A DNA stretch of 64,000 nucleotides from Anthoceros angustus (Eukaryota; Plantae; Anthocerotophyta). Positions 12,607 through 25,067 of this stretch are shown piece after piece. The stretch lies in the NCBI GenBank assembly GCA_010909165.1, contig MU008178.1, forward strand, positions 1,101,066 through 1,165,065. The letters are read 5' to 3'. The translations under genes and the position numbers were made by a program. Under the pieces are notes generated by a model. That model worked only from the letters and a program-made list of their open reading frames with translations. It was not told where the DNA came from and searched no databases. The first letter of the stretch is position 1. Each line of letters opens with the position of its first letter.

Positions 12607-13996
12607 CTTAATCAAGAAGTGAAGACAACCAAGAAAGGGCCATGGGAGGAGTGGGGTGTGGTTGAAGAGCGAACAAAAAAAAGAAGATGCGTGCGAGGAT
12701 GTTCTTGTGGAGGACAACTAGGAAGTTGAGGTACATATGTTTGTGGATGGCGGTCAAGCAGAAGGGGACCTTCCTGGCGAGGAGAGTATTAGCCAGCGGA
12801 CACGCTCTCATGCTCGAGAGTCCAAGGTGCTAGCCTCTTCAGTAGAACAGATTCAGGCAGCGAAAGCCCATCCGGGACAGGAAGAGCTTGAAACAAAGCA
12901 GGCCATGGTGGAAACTGCTGCGACCAAAGATCCGGTGGAGTCAACTTCTCATGATGAGGTTGCGCACGAATTCATACACGGAGCATAAATGTGTGTGGCT
13001 CGAGAGCAAGTCCAGGACTTGGCCTATGTTTAGACGTCATGGCACCTTCTTGGAAGGTTCTCTAGAGGATCTTGTAGTTGTTACAGAGCAGGTGAAGCAT
13101 AAAGAGAAAGTTCTCTTGGAGGTCCGTGAGGAAGTTGACAAGCGGGGTTGCGAACCGGCCTTGGAGAAGTATGAGCCGAGAGTCAACCAGTCAAGAAGTG
13201 AAGACAACCAAGATTAGTTCTTTGGAGAAAAGGGAGGAGAGCTTGGTGTCCGAACTTGCCATGTGCGGTCGCACACGGCTAAGGAGTCTGTGGAGATATG
13301 GAGAAAAGGGGTGGCGCAAAGCATGAGCAAGACATAGCGGCACACCGTGAACTATCTTCCTTGATGAGGCGACCAGGCCTCTTTGGCCACCCTTGGATTG
13401 AAGCCCGCTTGTCAGAGGTCTGGGAGTTGAAGCGAATGCACATGTCCCTTATGTACGGTATGTTGCGTGATGAAGTTTGGCTGTCACCTCTTTCTTATCA
13501 ATGGTCTGAATCCTAATTTTGGATAAATGCATAGTACACCATGTGTATGTGCAATGTAAGTACGAATCGCGCTGATTGCTTTGTTGTGCTACCAGTCTTT
13601 TATGGTGTCGTACTGTGGTGGTCAGTCCGAATGTGGATGGTGGTGATCTGGACCAGTAGCTGTCGTGTTCTATGATAGTGCAGTCTGTTCAAGTGGATGG
13701 TGCTGTTGTGGGCCACTAGCTGTCGTGTTCTGTGATAGTGCAGTGTGCTCCAAGTGGATGGTGCTCCAAGTGAGGTGGTAGTTATGGTGGTGCACTGATT
13801 ATGGTGCTTTGGAGCACCTTCCACGTGATAGTGATAATTATGGATATTATGGTGCTTTGGAGCACCTTCCAGTGAGTGGTAGCACCACCTTCGCGCGCTA
13901 TGTTCAGTGGAGATGTCATGGTGCCGGTTTGTAGTGGTCTAGGTTGAAGTGGATGCTTAATCAAGTGCATGTGGGTGAAGTAGGCCACCACTTGAA

Positions 13997-14165
13997 GTGG
14001 CCTTGTGCAGGTGGTATGGGGCACATAACTTTTCATTCCTTCCTTGTGGACACTCCTACCACGACTTTTGCCTCTACCAGCATTTGAGGGAGAGCAGTGC
14101 CTGTGCTTTTCGTTCTTGTGGCTTAGAGGTTCCCCGCACATGGTTGATGGCAAAGGGCTGGGCTT
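13997..14165 (+). other. RING-H2-like zinc finger coding segment
   Basis: ALCRWYGAHNFSFLPCGHSYHDFCLYQHLRESSACAFRSC fits C..LPCGHxYHxxC..C-x4-C. The first Cys is not in this frame. Confidence 0.75.
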
Positions 14166-17100
14166 CTAGTGCTACGTGTGTGTCATCTAACATGGCTGAA
14201 GACTGGGAAGCCATACAGTTGGAGGAGTGGGGTGCTGAATTTTATGACACTATTGTAGTTTTAGGCGGACTAGGAAGTCGGCTGGAGAGAGTGCAGGCTT
14301 CTTTGATGTTGCCAACACCGCATCTGCGCGGCGGCATCACCAAAGGGAGGTTCTTCCCTACGGTTTCGCCATTTTGGACACACGAAGCAGGGACACTGGG
14401 GTGCATGCACGCCAAGATATCTGGATTGCGGTATCGGGTTGAGTGCCTCCCCGGAAAAAGTGGTGGCCAATTTGTGGCACAGGGAAATCGATGACCATGT
14501 GTCCAATTAATCAAGAAGTAGTGATGGTGGAGCGAGACTCCATCGATCGGATGATGTATGTGGGCAACCAAGAAAGGGCCAGGGGAGACTACGGAACGAG
14601 CTTGCTTGAGCCAGGTATTGGCTATTGGCGAGAAGGCGGTGGTGGATATGATGGCCGTTTTAGGAGGTATACACCATATGGAGAATCCTGGCAATGATGG
14701 AGCATCTGGTGGAACATGTGGGGTGACTGTAAGCAAGGCGCCAACATCCGAAGTTGTGCCGAAGGAGGAACAACCAGCCCCAGCAATCCAAACTGGTGGT
14801 TGCACTTGAGGGGGGGCCACATGAGCTGTCCAAACTAGTGGTTGCACTTGAGGGGGGGTCACATGAGCTGTCACAACCTCTGGACCTAGCTGTGCAGGTC
14901 CCGGGTGCACCACTGTCACAATCTCAACAGAAATCAGGGGACATAATAGTAGTCCCTTCATCTCTTGAGCCCCACGCATCTAGGGATGTGTTGCTTGAAT
15001 ACCATGCTGCACATTCGCTTGGCATCCATGTGCCAGGTCTGCCTGACCATACACAAGCAGGTTGTGGTGAGGTCGCACTTGCTGAGCATCCCACATCGAG
15101 CTCGCAAGGCTGCGAACAAAGTCCCGATGAGAAGGCAACTCGTGAGGCTATTGCCATCTGTGCTCGAGGAAGTTGGTGCACATGTCCATAGTGTGAAGGC
15201 TCCTTCATGCGACCATTGCTTACCTCTGATGTTGGAGAACCCATCGACAGGATGTAGCGGTGGTGGACATACATTGGACACGAGGGTAGGTCAGCTGCCT
15301 TTAACACCGGGTGGAGCAAAGCGCAAATCTGTAGAGGGAGCTAGGAAGGTACCAGCTGCGAAACAACATAGACAAGAGGAGGAAGAAGAGGCATAAGATG
15401 AAGAGATTGAAGAGGACTACTCGTCTGCGCCCTAGGGACAACTTTGCAGTGTTGGCCGAAATGCAAGAAGGGCAGACTGAACCGTTTTACATCATCAAAT
15501 GCAACAAGCGCCCATGGGTGACAGACGAAGGTCTGGGACAGGTGGTATGAAGGGCACTGGCCGGCAGGCGAAATGGTTGTTCAGGGGATCTACTATGAGC
15601 GTGAAGGGGAACAGAAAGGAGTTTACAAACTCAGGAATGACAAGCCTCCTTTGCCAGTTGTTTTGCCTGTGCGTATGATTATCTTTGCAAGGTTTGAATT
15701 CAAAGTGCCACCTAGACATAGAAATGCGCCTGGAAGAAAGGGAGGTCAACGTTGTTGGTTGGAGCCCAAACTGAGGAAACGTCTTGAAGAACTGGCGATT
15801 TACACAGGCGAGAAGCTTCAGGCCTGGCATGTGTTGGTTGGTTTCAGCTCCGTATGTTAGTTGATTATGTTGACATTTATTGGTTGCTGCTTGTTTCTAT
15901 TTGCAGAGCAGCAGAAGATGACAACTCTGTCTGAGTCTGGTGGCGATCTTACTCGTAGATGATTGATAGCCTTTGCCCACACTCCTAGCATGAGCAGTCA
16001 AGAGGAAGAGTGTGGAATACTAGGAGATTGCGGTGGTTTTGCTATGTGGGAGTCAAGCCAGTGACTTTGTGTGTTTAGTCTGCTTGGCTTGGTTTGTAGT
16101 CGTGTGTTGGTATTGTGCTTACTTAGCGTGAGCCGACTCTCCGCGATAAGGCGGAAGCGCGAATAGATCAAACTGTGAAACTAAAACTACCAAAAGACTC
16201 TTTCATTGTTTTTAATATCCACAAGATCCACTCATCGCGTACATCGGTTTGTTGCGCTACACACGTCAACATGAGAATCTTTGGTAGTGTGTCGGGCCAT
16301 ATATTGGAAATATGATACCGATTATTCTTTACGCCACCCTATCGATCGCAGACTAAACACCCCTAGTATGGGAACACCCCCTAGTATGGGGCATAAACAA
16401 GTGAACCTGCAAACGGCTGCTAGGCCAAACCCGCCTGCCAACCATGCCCAGGATCAATGACGACAATAATACAACATCCTTCCTCAATTACTCCGAGGCC
16501 GGACGCTAAGGTTTCTTCCTACAACACCCAAAGCCAGGTTTGAACAAAGCTCTCAACCTATCACTCCAGAACATGATGAGGAGGTGGGCTCTATGGGGAT
16601 AGAGCAGTCCATGAAGCTGAGCTTTTTCTTCCGCTTCGGATTGTTCTCATCGTTCGCGCCACTCGCCAACACCGGACATAGTAGTCGCGGTCAGTTGCCT
16701 TGCAATGATGCCCAACATTTTGCCGTATTCGTGAAGAGAAGCCGGGAGTTGCCTTCCGAGTCCTCTTGTTTCCTCTATCGGCAAGGTTCTCTTCCCCAAT
16801 CCGCCCATGTTCTTGCCCTACCACGCGGCGCCCTTCCTGCCGCTGCTCGCCACTTCGTGCAGACCTCATATCCCTCGGGGTGGAAGATCACCTTGAGTCG
16901 ATGCAACGGAGGCGTGCTCGTGAACCATCCTCCGCCTCGATCGCAACTTGTAAGTTCCACGATGTTGACCGCATGCGAGGGAGTTAGCGATGCCGCTGCT
17001 CGCTGCGGAAGCCATGAGAGCTTGGCCTCTCGTCTGTGCAGCGAACGAGTGTACACCGTGAAGGGTCAATAGGCGACGATAGGCACCGCCGTTGCTGGGA

Positions 17101-17589
17101 GGGTGAAGGGTTATCGAGCAAAGTGGTGCTGGAGGAACGGCTACAGTGGTGGCTCATCCAGGAATAATCGATGATTGAAACGTTCAATCTACGCCTGGTA
17201 TGATGCCCAGCCCCAAACTCGTGTGCATCATTTATTGAACTGCAGTTGTTGTGGTTGTACGTGGGGTATGGCTGTATAATGTGATAGGAGTATAATGTGA
17301 CCGGACGCAAATGACGTGCTCGTAAAAGACGGTATCGATCCACGCATCGCATCGAGGTGGCATGGCCTAGAAAGGGCTATCCGTGTAGAAAATGGTGCAT
17401 ATGAAGCAGTGAAACCAGTAATCGTATCAGGCACACCGCGTGAATGCTTTACCCATGAAAAGCGCACAAATAGAAACCCGAGGTGATGTGGAAGGTAATC
17501 TCCTGCGCGTAACTTCTCCAACGACAAGCATCGTAATCGCACGTCGATAAGGCACAAACAACAATTCCTATCCGGTCTCACCAAAATTC

Positions 17590-20500
17590 AAAGAATCTTT
17601 TCCCATTTCATTCCTCCCCCGCATCGATCGTTATGGTCTCTCACCAAATCGTCAAACGTCTGGACAAGGTCGTGGCACATGTACACCACGAATCCCTTTG
17701 CGTGAGTGAGGTCAAACTTGCATGTCACCACTGTATTCGGAGAAAGGATGCATTCGATGCCGTGTCTGTGTACCGAAACCGCCTCCTGTTCATTGTCGTA
17801 ATATCGACCCAAGACCACTATGTCTCGACAAAAACCTATATACGCTCCAAGGACATTGTCGCGCCGAGGAAGGCGGTGTGGTCCTTGCACACTGCGAGGT
17901 AATAGGTTGCACCCTCATCCGCAACCTCTGCAAACACAAGGAAATTATCACCCACTTCAAAGCATCTCCGCCATGTTGACATCTTGGACTCGTCTTCAAC
18001 ATCGCCGACATTGCTCGCCGCATGGCTTCCACAACTGGAAAGGTCGCTTGTCGCCTAAGTTGTGGTCTACGAACACGTAATTGAATCTCCGAATGTGGAC
18101 CTATTGTGATGTCTTCCCACAATCCGGCATGTGGTACCGATTCACACCGCATGATTCCGCCTATGCATGCACAAAAGCATGGTTGCGCATTCTCGGTTTT
18201 GTTGGGTCGATCGTAGCCATAAATGCTATGACAACTCTTGGAGCACGGAATGGCATCACAAGCCCATTTTGCCCGGCGTTGACATCATTGGGCCCACTGT
18301 TAACGCGTGCGTGCACCGCCAAGACCAGCCGGAGCACGAATACCGGCCTCCGATATTGTGGGCGAAGAAATGCAACAACGCCGGCGTGCATTCGTGCTCC
18401 GGTGAGACTCTTGCGCCGCAGCACGCTTCAAAATGGCTCCTCCATCGTGTTCACCTTCCCATGGCCACTACCAAAATAGGACCATAACATGTTGCACCCC
18501 ACTGTTATACTTGGATACCTCGCCACATAGTAATGCGATGGTCGGCATGCCTTGAGAGGACTGCCATCGACCATACCAGTGTTCGAGGCCTCAGAAACCC
18601 AGTCCACGCATCCACGCCAATGGAGACCCAAGCAATCTTGCACAAAAAGGGTATCGTGTAGCATGTCACTAACAAAAGTGATAATACTTGTGGATACCAA
18701 GACAAATTAGCGGATCAACCTCCGTGTCCGTCTCAGAGAAAACAAGGACCAAAATTGTAACTTGGTCGTTATACCAGTGCATTGACTGGATTTCGTTCTG
18801 CACACCAAAGGCGTAGTTTTGTGAGAAGTCCAAAACGCTGACGACAACATCTTTGGGAAACAATTGCACACAGCGTCGAAATTCCAGGCCCTGCCACCTT
18901 TGCCAGAAATCATGCAAAATAAAAGCCCGCAACTTGTCTTTCAAGTACAGAACCATGTCCGCGGGGTGTGTCTCCATGAAGCCCAACTTAATACGCTTCT
19001 TGTCACCCTCCACCGCTTTTCCCACAACTGCACCGAAGCACCTCCAATTCATGGTAACATTTGCATGACGTCAATCCGGTTTCCGGACAAAACACCTTCC
19101 GTGACCACGCATCTGTTCAGGAAGGCAATCCAGTTGTGCCATTCGAATCCACCTTTGTCACAAAGGGCCGCCGATAATGCTCTCACCGATGAATAGCTTG
19201 ATGTAGGGCACAACACCCAGAGGTTGCACTCGCAGGCGACAAACGCCGCAATCACATGGGCAGCCTCCACGAGGGTGTATTCGAAATGGTATGTCGAGCT
19301 CAACAGATCATCCTTAGAAATGCCATTTCCACGTGATACCCGCAAAGAACAAACATTCCTCTCCGCAAGCTCTTCACAAAATATGGCTTCAACTTCTCAA
19401 ATGCACGTTGTCCAACTGGATGCTGGATGCTTGTTCTTTGAATCAAGGAAAAATTACCGCCATCCACCGTAGACCCAAAAACTTGTTGATCGGCTATCAT
19501 TGGCCACCACGAACTCCATTATAAGTGCCACCACCACACCTGTGGAGGCTCCCTATTCACCGAAGAACACCACCCCACTATGAGGCCCACCACCCTCGCA
19601 TGAGAAAGACCAGCTTCCACTAAGGGGAGACTAGAATCACGAGGGAGGCCACCATCCAATGAGGTAGACCACCATCCGCTGAGGCTCACCACCATGCACC
19701 AAGACCCACACCTCCATCCACTATGGGGCGCACTCCTCCACCGAGAGGGAGACCAATCCTCTATGAGGTAGACCACCATCCACCGTGAGGTCACCACCGT
19801 GCACTAAGACCCACACCTCCCTCCACTATGAGCACACTAGCATCCACTTTGTGGCAAACCACAATCCACCAAGACACACCACAAACCACTAAAAGGGAGA
19901 CCAACATCCACCAAGAGGACAAAGGCTCCACTGAGTCACAAAGAAGAGGGTCATCACCACACATGGATGGTGGTGACCACCATACACTAGGACCCACCAA
20001 CATCCACTAAAGGCAAACCCCCAACTACATGAAGGCACACCATCATCCGAATGAGGGTGCCCACCATTCACCAGTTCTCCACACCAATGTCCACCGTCAC
20101 CTAGAAGCACTAGACACTGCAGAGTGGACGTCGATCCACAACCGCCACACCAGTGTGAGGCACCACCATGTACATTCGGCCGGCAGTCATACCGTTTCCA
20201 CAAAGAATTGACCAACAACAAAAGGTCGCACACATATGCGGGATGTAGATTTTCCTAGGCTAGTGCCTCAGACGCTACCTTCCACCCGTATCCCATCCGG
20301 GAAGCAACGCATGTGTGGAAAGCCTATGAAAATGCCTCAGATATGGCAACAATGGAAGGTAACAATGGAAGTGCAACACAAAGTACCGGAGTGAAGCAAA
20401 CAATGGCGAACATGAAGCAATAACTAGCAACGGCAGTGTCACCGCGACATGTCCAGAAATGGACAATGTGTTTCTCAAACGCCTTGGGGCCTCATGCTGG

Positions 20501-20950
20501 CATCCTTGGTGTTTGAGGAGGGGCTTGCAAGCTCCCAAAATTTCTTTACCAAGATCTCGCACTGTGGACAACACATCCGATCGACGCTGGCCCACCCCCA
20601 AAATGTATGTGGCACGTAATCCGCACTCGAGATTCATCGTCAACGCCGATCACACGCCTATCCACACCAATGGCACGACCAAGGATAGATTGCAAACCGA
20701 GGTCCCGTGACTCGACAAAATTATGTTGAAGAACGCTTTTCCTGCCCGCAAGTGGTCTGTGTGGTGAACATTCTTCAACCGAATGCGGCCTTCATGTTCT
20801 TCAACAGAAAGACATCCATCTCTTTGGGCTCCAATGGAAGCTTGCATGCCTTCAAGATGGGCAAGGTCAACAAGTGTTGCGTAATATCGGCTCTACAAGT
20901 CGATGTGTATTTTGGGTCCGCCTGTGAATACGAGCCCAATCTCTCGAGCT
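17590..20950 (-). pseudogene. Sola2-type DDD transposase (frameshifted)
   Basis: GQRAFEKLKPYFV..CGYH, VLDFSQNYAFGVQNEIQSMHWYNDQVTILV, SDMLHDTLFVQ and WSYFGSGHGK motifs in order. The 19520-20200 stretch looks non-coding (intron or insert). The 5' end is approximate. Confidence 0.8.
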
Positions 20951-21924
20951 AGTTGACTTGCCCGCTTTTCCCACACGCTGATGTGCCGAATCGCAGACTG
21001 GGCCGAGCTCGCCAAGCCCGAACGTTGCCTGGCGATGAAGCGCAGCCCATCACCACCGTCAGGACTCGGCAAGAGCCCCAGCCATGTCCACGTCTGTTGA
21101 AAGGAACTCTAGGTGGCCCCTCCGGGTACCTGTGGTTCTGACCACGCCTCCGACACGGAGGAACCTCCTCCTTCATGTGGTGAAGGAGAACTAGCATCCA
21201 AGCCTCAAAGAATTTGCAGACCATCCACACGAGCTCCTGGCACTCTTCTAGCCGAGGGTGTGCACTTCACCCCCAAGACACCTCCCTTGCCGCAACACCA
21301 TAGCAACTCCTCGCCTGCCCCGAATCCGCCTCAGCGCACCTCTCCGGCCTTCCTCCGCCTCATCACCAGATGCGGCCTTCTCCTCCGACGCCTGCACGGG
21401 CCGTTGGTTGAAGGCGCCATGGCTATGAGTTCTAACAAGGGTCACCAAAAGCTATGCCCTAGGCTCACCAACCTGCTCACGTGGCTTTAGGTCAACTTTC
21501 AAAATTGTGAAAGCCAAAACTTCAGACCAAACCTTCATTTCAAAAGACACCGAATCCTGTCCATAAGACATCTCCCTACCATGGTCAAAAGGGTAGAACC
21601 TAAAGCCAAGCACTAGGAGGTGCGGACTCTGTGATCTAGTGCGCTCCTAGAAAGCTAGGTCCACACCGCAGCATTGATTGCTCAATCCGAGCGCAACTAA
21701 CCTGCAAAGCCGCAGCGTCGTTTCACCACAGGGACATCTTGAAGTTTCTGGTAGAAAATACATCTTGAGTGTCCTCACGTATGCATGGGGTGAAGAAGCT
21801 GGCGCGCATCAAGCAACATCGATGTCCGTGGCGGGCCAACATGTCCCAATATGCTAATAGGCCCGTGATTTCAAACACAGCTCGGGGCGGTAGACATCAC
21901 ATCGCCACACACCAGGTGACCCGT

Positions 21925-22895
21925 GCCTCCTCAAGGCTCGTTACATAGAAGCTAGTTCTTGTGGGACCGCAAGGTCACACCAGTGACACACTACACATAA
22001 GAACAAGGCCTAGAAGCTCCACTTCAAGCTCGACAATCACGATACCACTAGACCGACAAATGCCCAACTTGTCCAACAAAATCAGACGCCACCGCTCATC
22101 TAATGCCCATTCCCACACACGCGGAATGAAATGCTGTTGTACTACTACGATCAGGGCTACCATCGAGGTTGATGTGGTAGGCGTGATCTTTGCCCCCCAC
22201 AAGCACTCCTTGTCCTTCGATTGGCAAGAATACTCTCTTGGATGCCTCAAAGTATAATGGCGAGCGGATGGTGAGGAAGAAATGCAGGAGCACATCATCA
22301 CATGCATTCTCTACTCGATGTATGCCATGAAGATATTGTGGCACTCCACTGAACATCTTCTGCCTTCTATGGCCTAAATCACTGAGACAAACAAAGTAAA
22401 AATGTATGTGACGCAATACACATGGTATGCTCGCTTGAGCCACCACAGTGCATCTAGCAATCCACTGGCAAGTGCGCAGCTTTAATACCACTTGAGGCTG
22501 ATTTCCCATGCCCATCCGTGAAGGCGGACATGAATTCTGTTCATCAACCGCGGAAAAACTCGGGGAAGGAAGGAAGGTTGCCAAGCAATGGCAAAACAAT
22601 GGATTTCCAACAAACCTCTGAATGGAGCAACAAACCTCTGAATGGAAATGACCAGGAGGTTGTGAAAATGACCGAAATGTGCCTGCTTGCCTCAAGGCTC
22701 ACATGTAAAAATAGCGAAGTTCTTCCTCAAGACCATGTAAGGTCACACCGCAGTACACACTACACACAAAGAACAAGACCTAGAAGCTCCACTTCAAGGT
22801 CTGACAACTGCTGATACCACCGTATAGACCAACAGCTGCCTCCAACTTATCCAACAAAATCCCGTACGCGACGTGCTCATCTAATACCATTCCTC
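21925..22895. repeat. Two diverged copies of an ~200-bp segment (~21925-22115 and ~22683-22895)
   Basis: Shared blocks CTCAAGGCTC, AAGGTCACACC, GAACAAG(G/A)CCTAGAAGCTCCACTTCAAG, CCAACAAAATC and GCTCATCTAAT. Confidence 0.75.
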
Positions 22896-23304
22896 GATTG
22901 ACACTCTAGTCTTCTTGTCAACACAAGAATGACACGCAATTTCGATTCATCCCACGAATACTTCTTTTCTAGCTTTAAGAGCGCCTCACTCACTATGACT
23001 TGCAATGGATGTGTTGACAAACGAAGGACTTTCCTTTGATGACGCTTCCATGGTGAAGGGCACTTCATCCTCATACCTTCGATTCTTCCAATCCCTCGAC
23101 ATTTCCTCAAAACCTACAGTCACCTCCTGGCCCAAAGGGTCCCCACGTTGGGGCCTACCCCACAAGACATCTTTAATGGTCTGCGGTCGAATTGACGACC
23201 AGGGTTTTCACAAGCCGTGGACTCTACATTGTTCGCCATCTTCCCCAAGCTACCCTCCCTCACGTAGCCTAACCCTCTCCTAGCATACGTCCCACCCGGC
23301 ATGG

Positions 23305-23530
23305 AGTCACACCACCGCCCACGCACACCACACCCCCCACACACACCGCACCCACACCCTAAAACCCGCACTGCACCCCCACACAGCCCGCACCCACACC
23401 CTAAAACCCACACGCACCACACTCCCACACCCACACCCACACCCGCACCCCACCCCACCCCACCCCTAAAACCCAAACACCCGCACCACCCACACACCCA
23501 CACCGCACCTGCACCCGCACTCCACACCCG
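23305..23530. repeat. C/A-rich low-complexity repeat (CACACC-like)
   Basis: Direct inspection. Confidence 0.85.
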
Positions 23531-24589
23531 CGAGCACCTGGCCCGCACATCCGAGGCCCCACTCCCACTCACATGACGGCGAGCAATCGCTGCCCGCCAT
23601 ACAAAATCTATCTCCAAACAAGGATTGGCCAAAGAACCTCTTTATCACCACTCACCCGGTCAATGACCACTTTTTGCCCGCTTTTCATACACCGTGGTTA
23701 GCTCTCACCTTGCAATTAATTTTTATACTATGACTTTTATGGAATACATATTTTCATATACATTCCCATGTATGTAAAACTCTTTTAACTTCACTTTTCA
23801 TTAAATCTCATTACATATATTTTTCTAAAATTATTTTAGCCAAAGCACATGATTTTCTCAAGAAGTAAATCATCCTTAATTTTTACTGGTGAATCATTTT
23901 TCACGTTTTCTTTTGCTAATTCTATAGACCTCAACACTATCTACAACTTTGCTTCACATTGTACAGCGTAAACTCGGAATGAAGGTCCTTCTTTTCAAAT
24001 CCTTGTACTAAAACTATTTATGAGCTTTGTCATTTTTTATATCCTTCATGCTCCATCCAATGAAGATGAGACTTGGTAAGTGTGCTTCATACTACCTCTT
24101 GAGAGCACTCAAAAATAGGGAGTCTAATATTGTTGTCATTTGTAGATATTTTAAATTCTTCTAAGGGTGACAAAAAGTGACACGTTGCCTTGTTTCGTCT
24201 CACATTACCAATAGTGAATAACCAAACCATGCATGGACCCTATTCTACAACATTGGTTGAAGGCTTTTACCTAATCAAAATTCATGATGTGGGATGCATC
24301 TGCTCGCGCCCAATTCCACAATGTGAGGCCTTGGATTTCAAGAGGCGGTGATGGAGATGGGGCGATGTTTCATGAAATTACGCCTCGGGAGGCCTCGCCG
24401 AGCCGCCTGCATCTAGGTTGTGGCTTCCTACTGGATTGCAGACAACGACACTTTTTAGAAGTCTACTACGAGCGCCCAACGCGCTGTGGAGATGATCCAG
24501 GAGGATTTTTCAGCACGCGCCTGCCGCAGCCCCTTTTGTTCTTGTTTTATGGTCGGCCCAGCCTAAGCCTTTAACTGTACCTACTCTAA

Positions 24590-25043
24590 TCGCTTTGCTT
24601 TTTAGGTAATAAGATGTGGCTTTATCATCAACCCATTCTAAATTAGTGTTGTTGTAAACGCATCGTGTCTCGCCGTAAAGGGTCTTGTTGTAAACTCCAC
24701 AGGTGTAGAAACTATTGGATGTTATAAAATACCATTGGCATGTTGCAAAAGAACCTGCTGTAATCAAGAAAGTCCTCAGAGTAAATTGCAGCCCGTAGTA
24801 AACGAATACGCCATCATTGTAACGCCCATAAGCTCGCTGTGTACTGGGAAGTGCCCCGTAGTAAGGTCCATTTTGATTTGCCACGCCGCCTTTTTGGCCT
24901 TTATAAAACAAGCCTCGACAGTTGGAATGAGCTAGTAAATTCGGCTATACCAAAAAATAATACATGGACTTGAAACCAAGTGTCAATTGATTTAGTAAAA
25001 TGGGGTCTGTGGTAAAATGCACCCCTGTAAAACTTCAATTAGT
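24590..25043. repeat. CACTA right subterminal repeats
   Basis: Recurring GTTGTAAA/GTAGTAA/GTAAA motifs leading to the TIR. Confidence 0.6.
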
Positions 25044-25067
25044 AAAGTATACTTTTCCTTAGTAGTG

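Larger units (their letters stand above)
12148..15830 (+). pseudogene. Sola2 accessory gene(s): coiled-coil, RING-H2 finger and a C-terminal domain shared with the transposase
   Basis: Co-oriented ORF fragments at 12148, 12737-13516, 13997-14697 and 15420-15830. Exon structure is unresolved. Confidence 0.5.
10137..24240 (-). mobile_element. Sola2-type DNA transposon, 14.1 kb, with accessory genes
   Basis: TIRs GGGTCTATGCACGCTTAGGTGCATCAC (10137-10163) and reverse complement GGGTCCATGCATGGTTTGGTTATTCAC (24214-24240), 20/27 identical. GRG termini and 4-bp TSD TATT (10133-10136, 24241-24244). Sola2-type transposase inside. Confidence 0.85.
7795..25067. mobile_element. Non-autonomous CACTA (En/Spm) element, ~3.2 kb without the nested Sola2
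   Basis: Left end CATTACTAGGAAAAGTATACTTT; right end reverse complement CACTACTAAGGAAAAGTATACTTT. 3-bp TSD AGT at 7792-7794 and 25068-25070. Subterminal GTAGTAAA/TTTACTAC repeat fields at both ends. No CACTA transposase seen. Confidence 0.9.

Noticed and set aside
17590-20950. Transposase assigned to the surrounding CACTA element
   Set aside because: The motifs are Sola2-type and the gene is bounded by its own GGG TIRs and 4-bp TATT TSD.
23120-23632. Cys/Gly/Val- and His/Pro-rich ORFs
   Set aside because: Translation of a CA-rich simple repeat.
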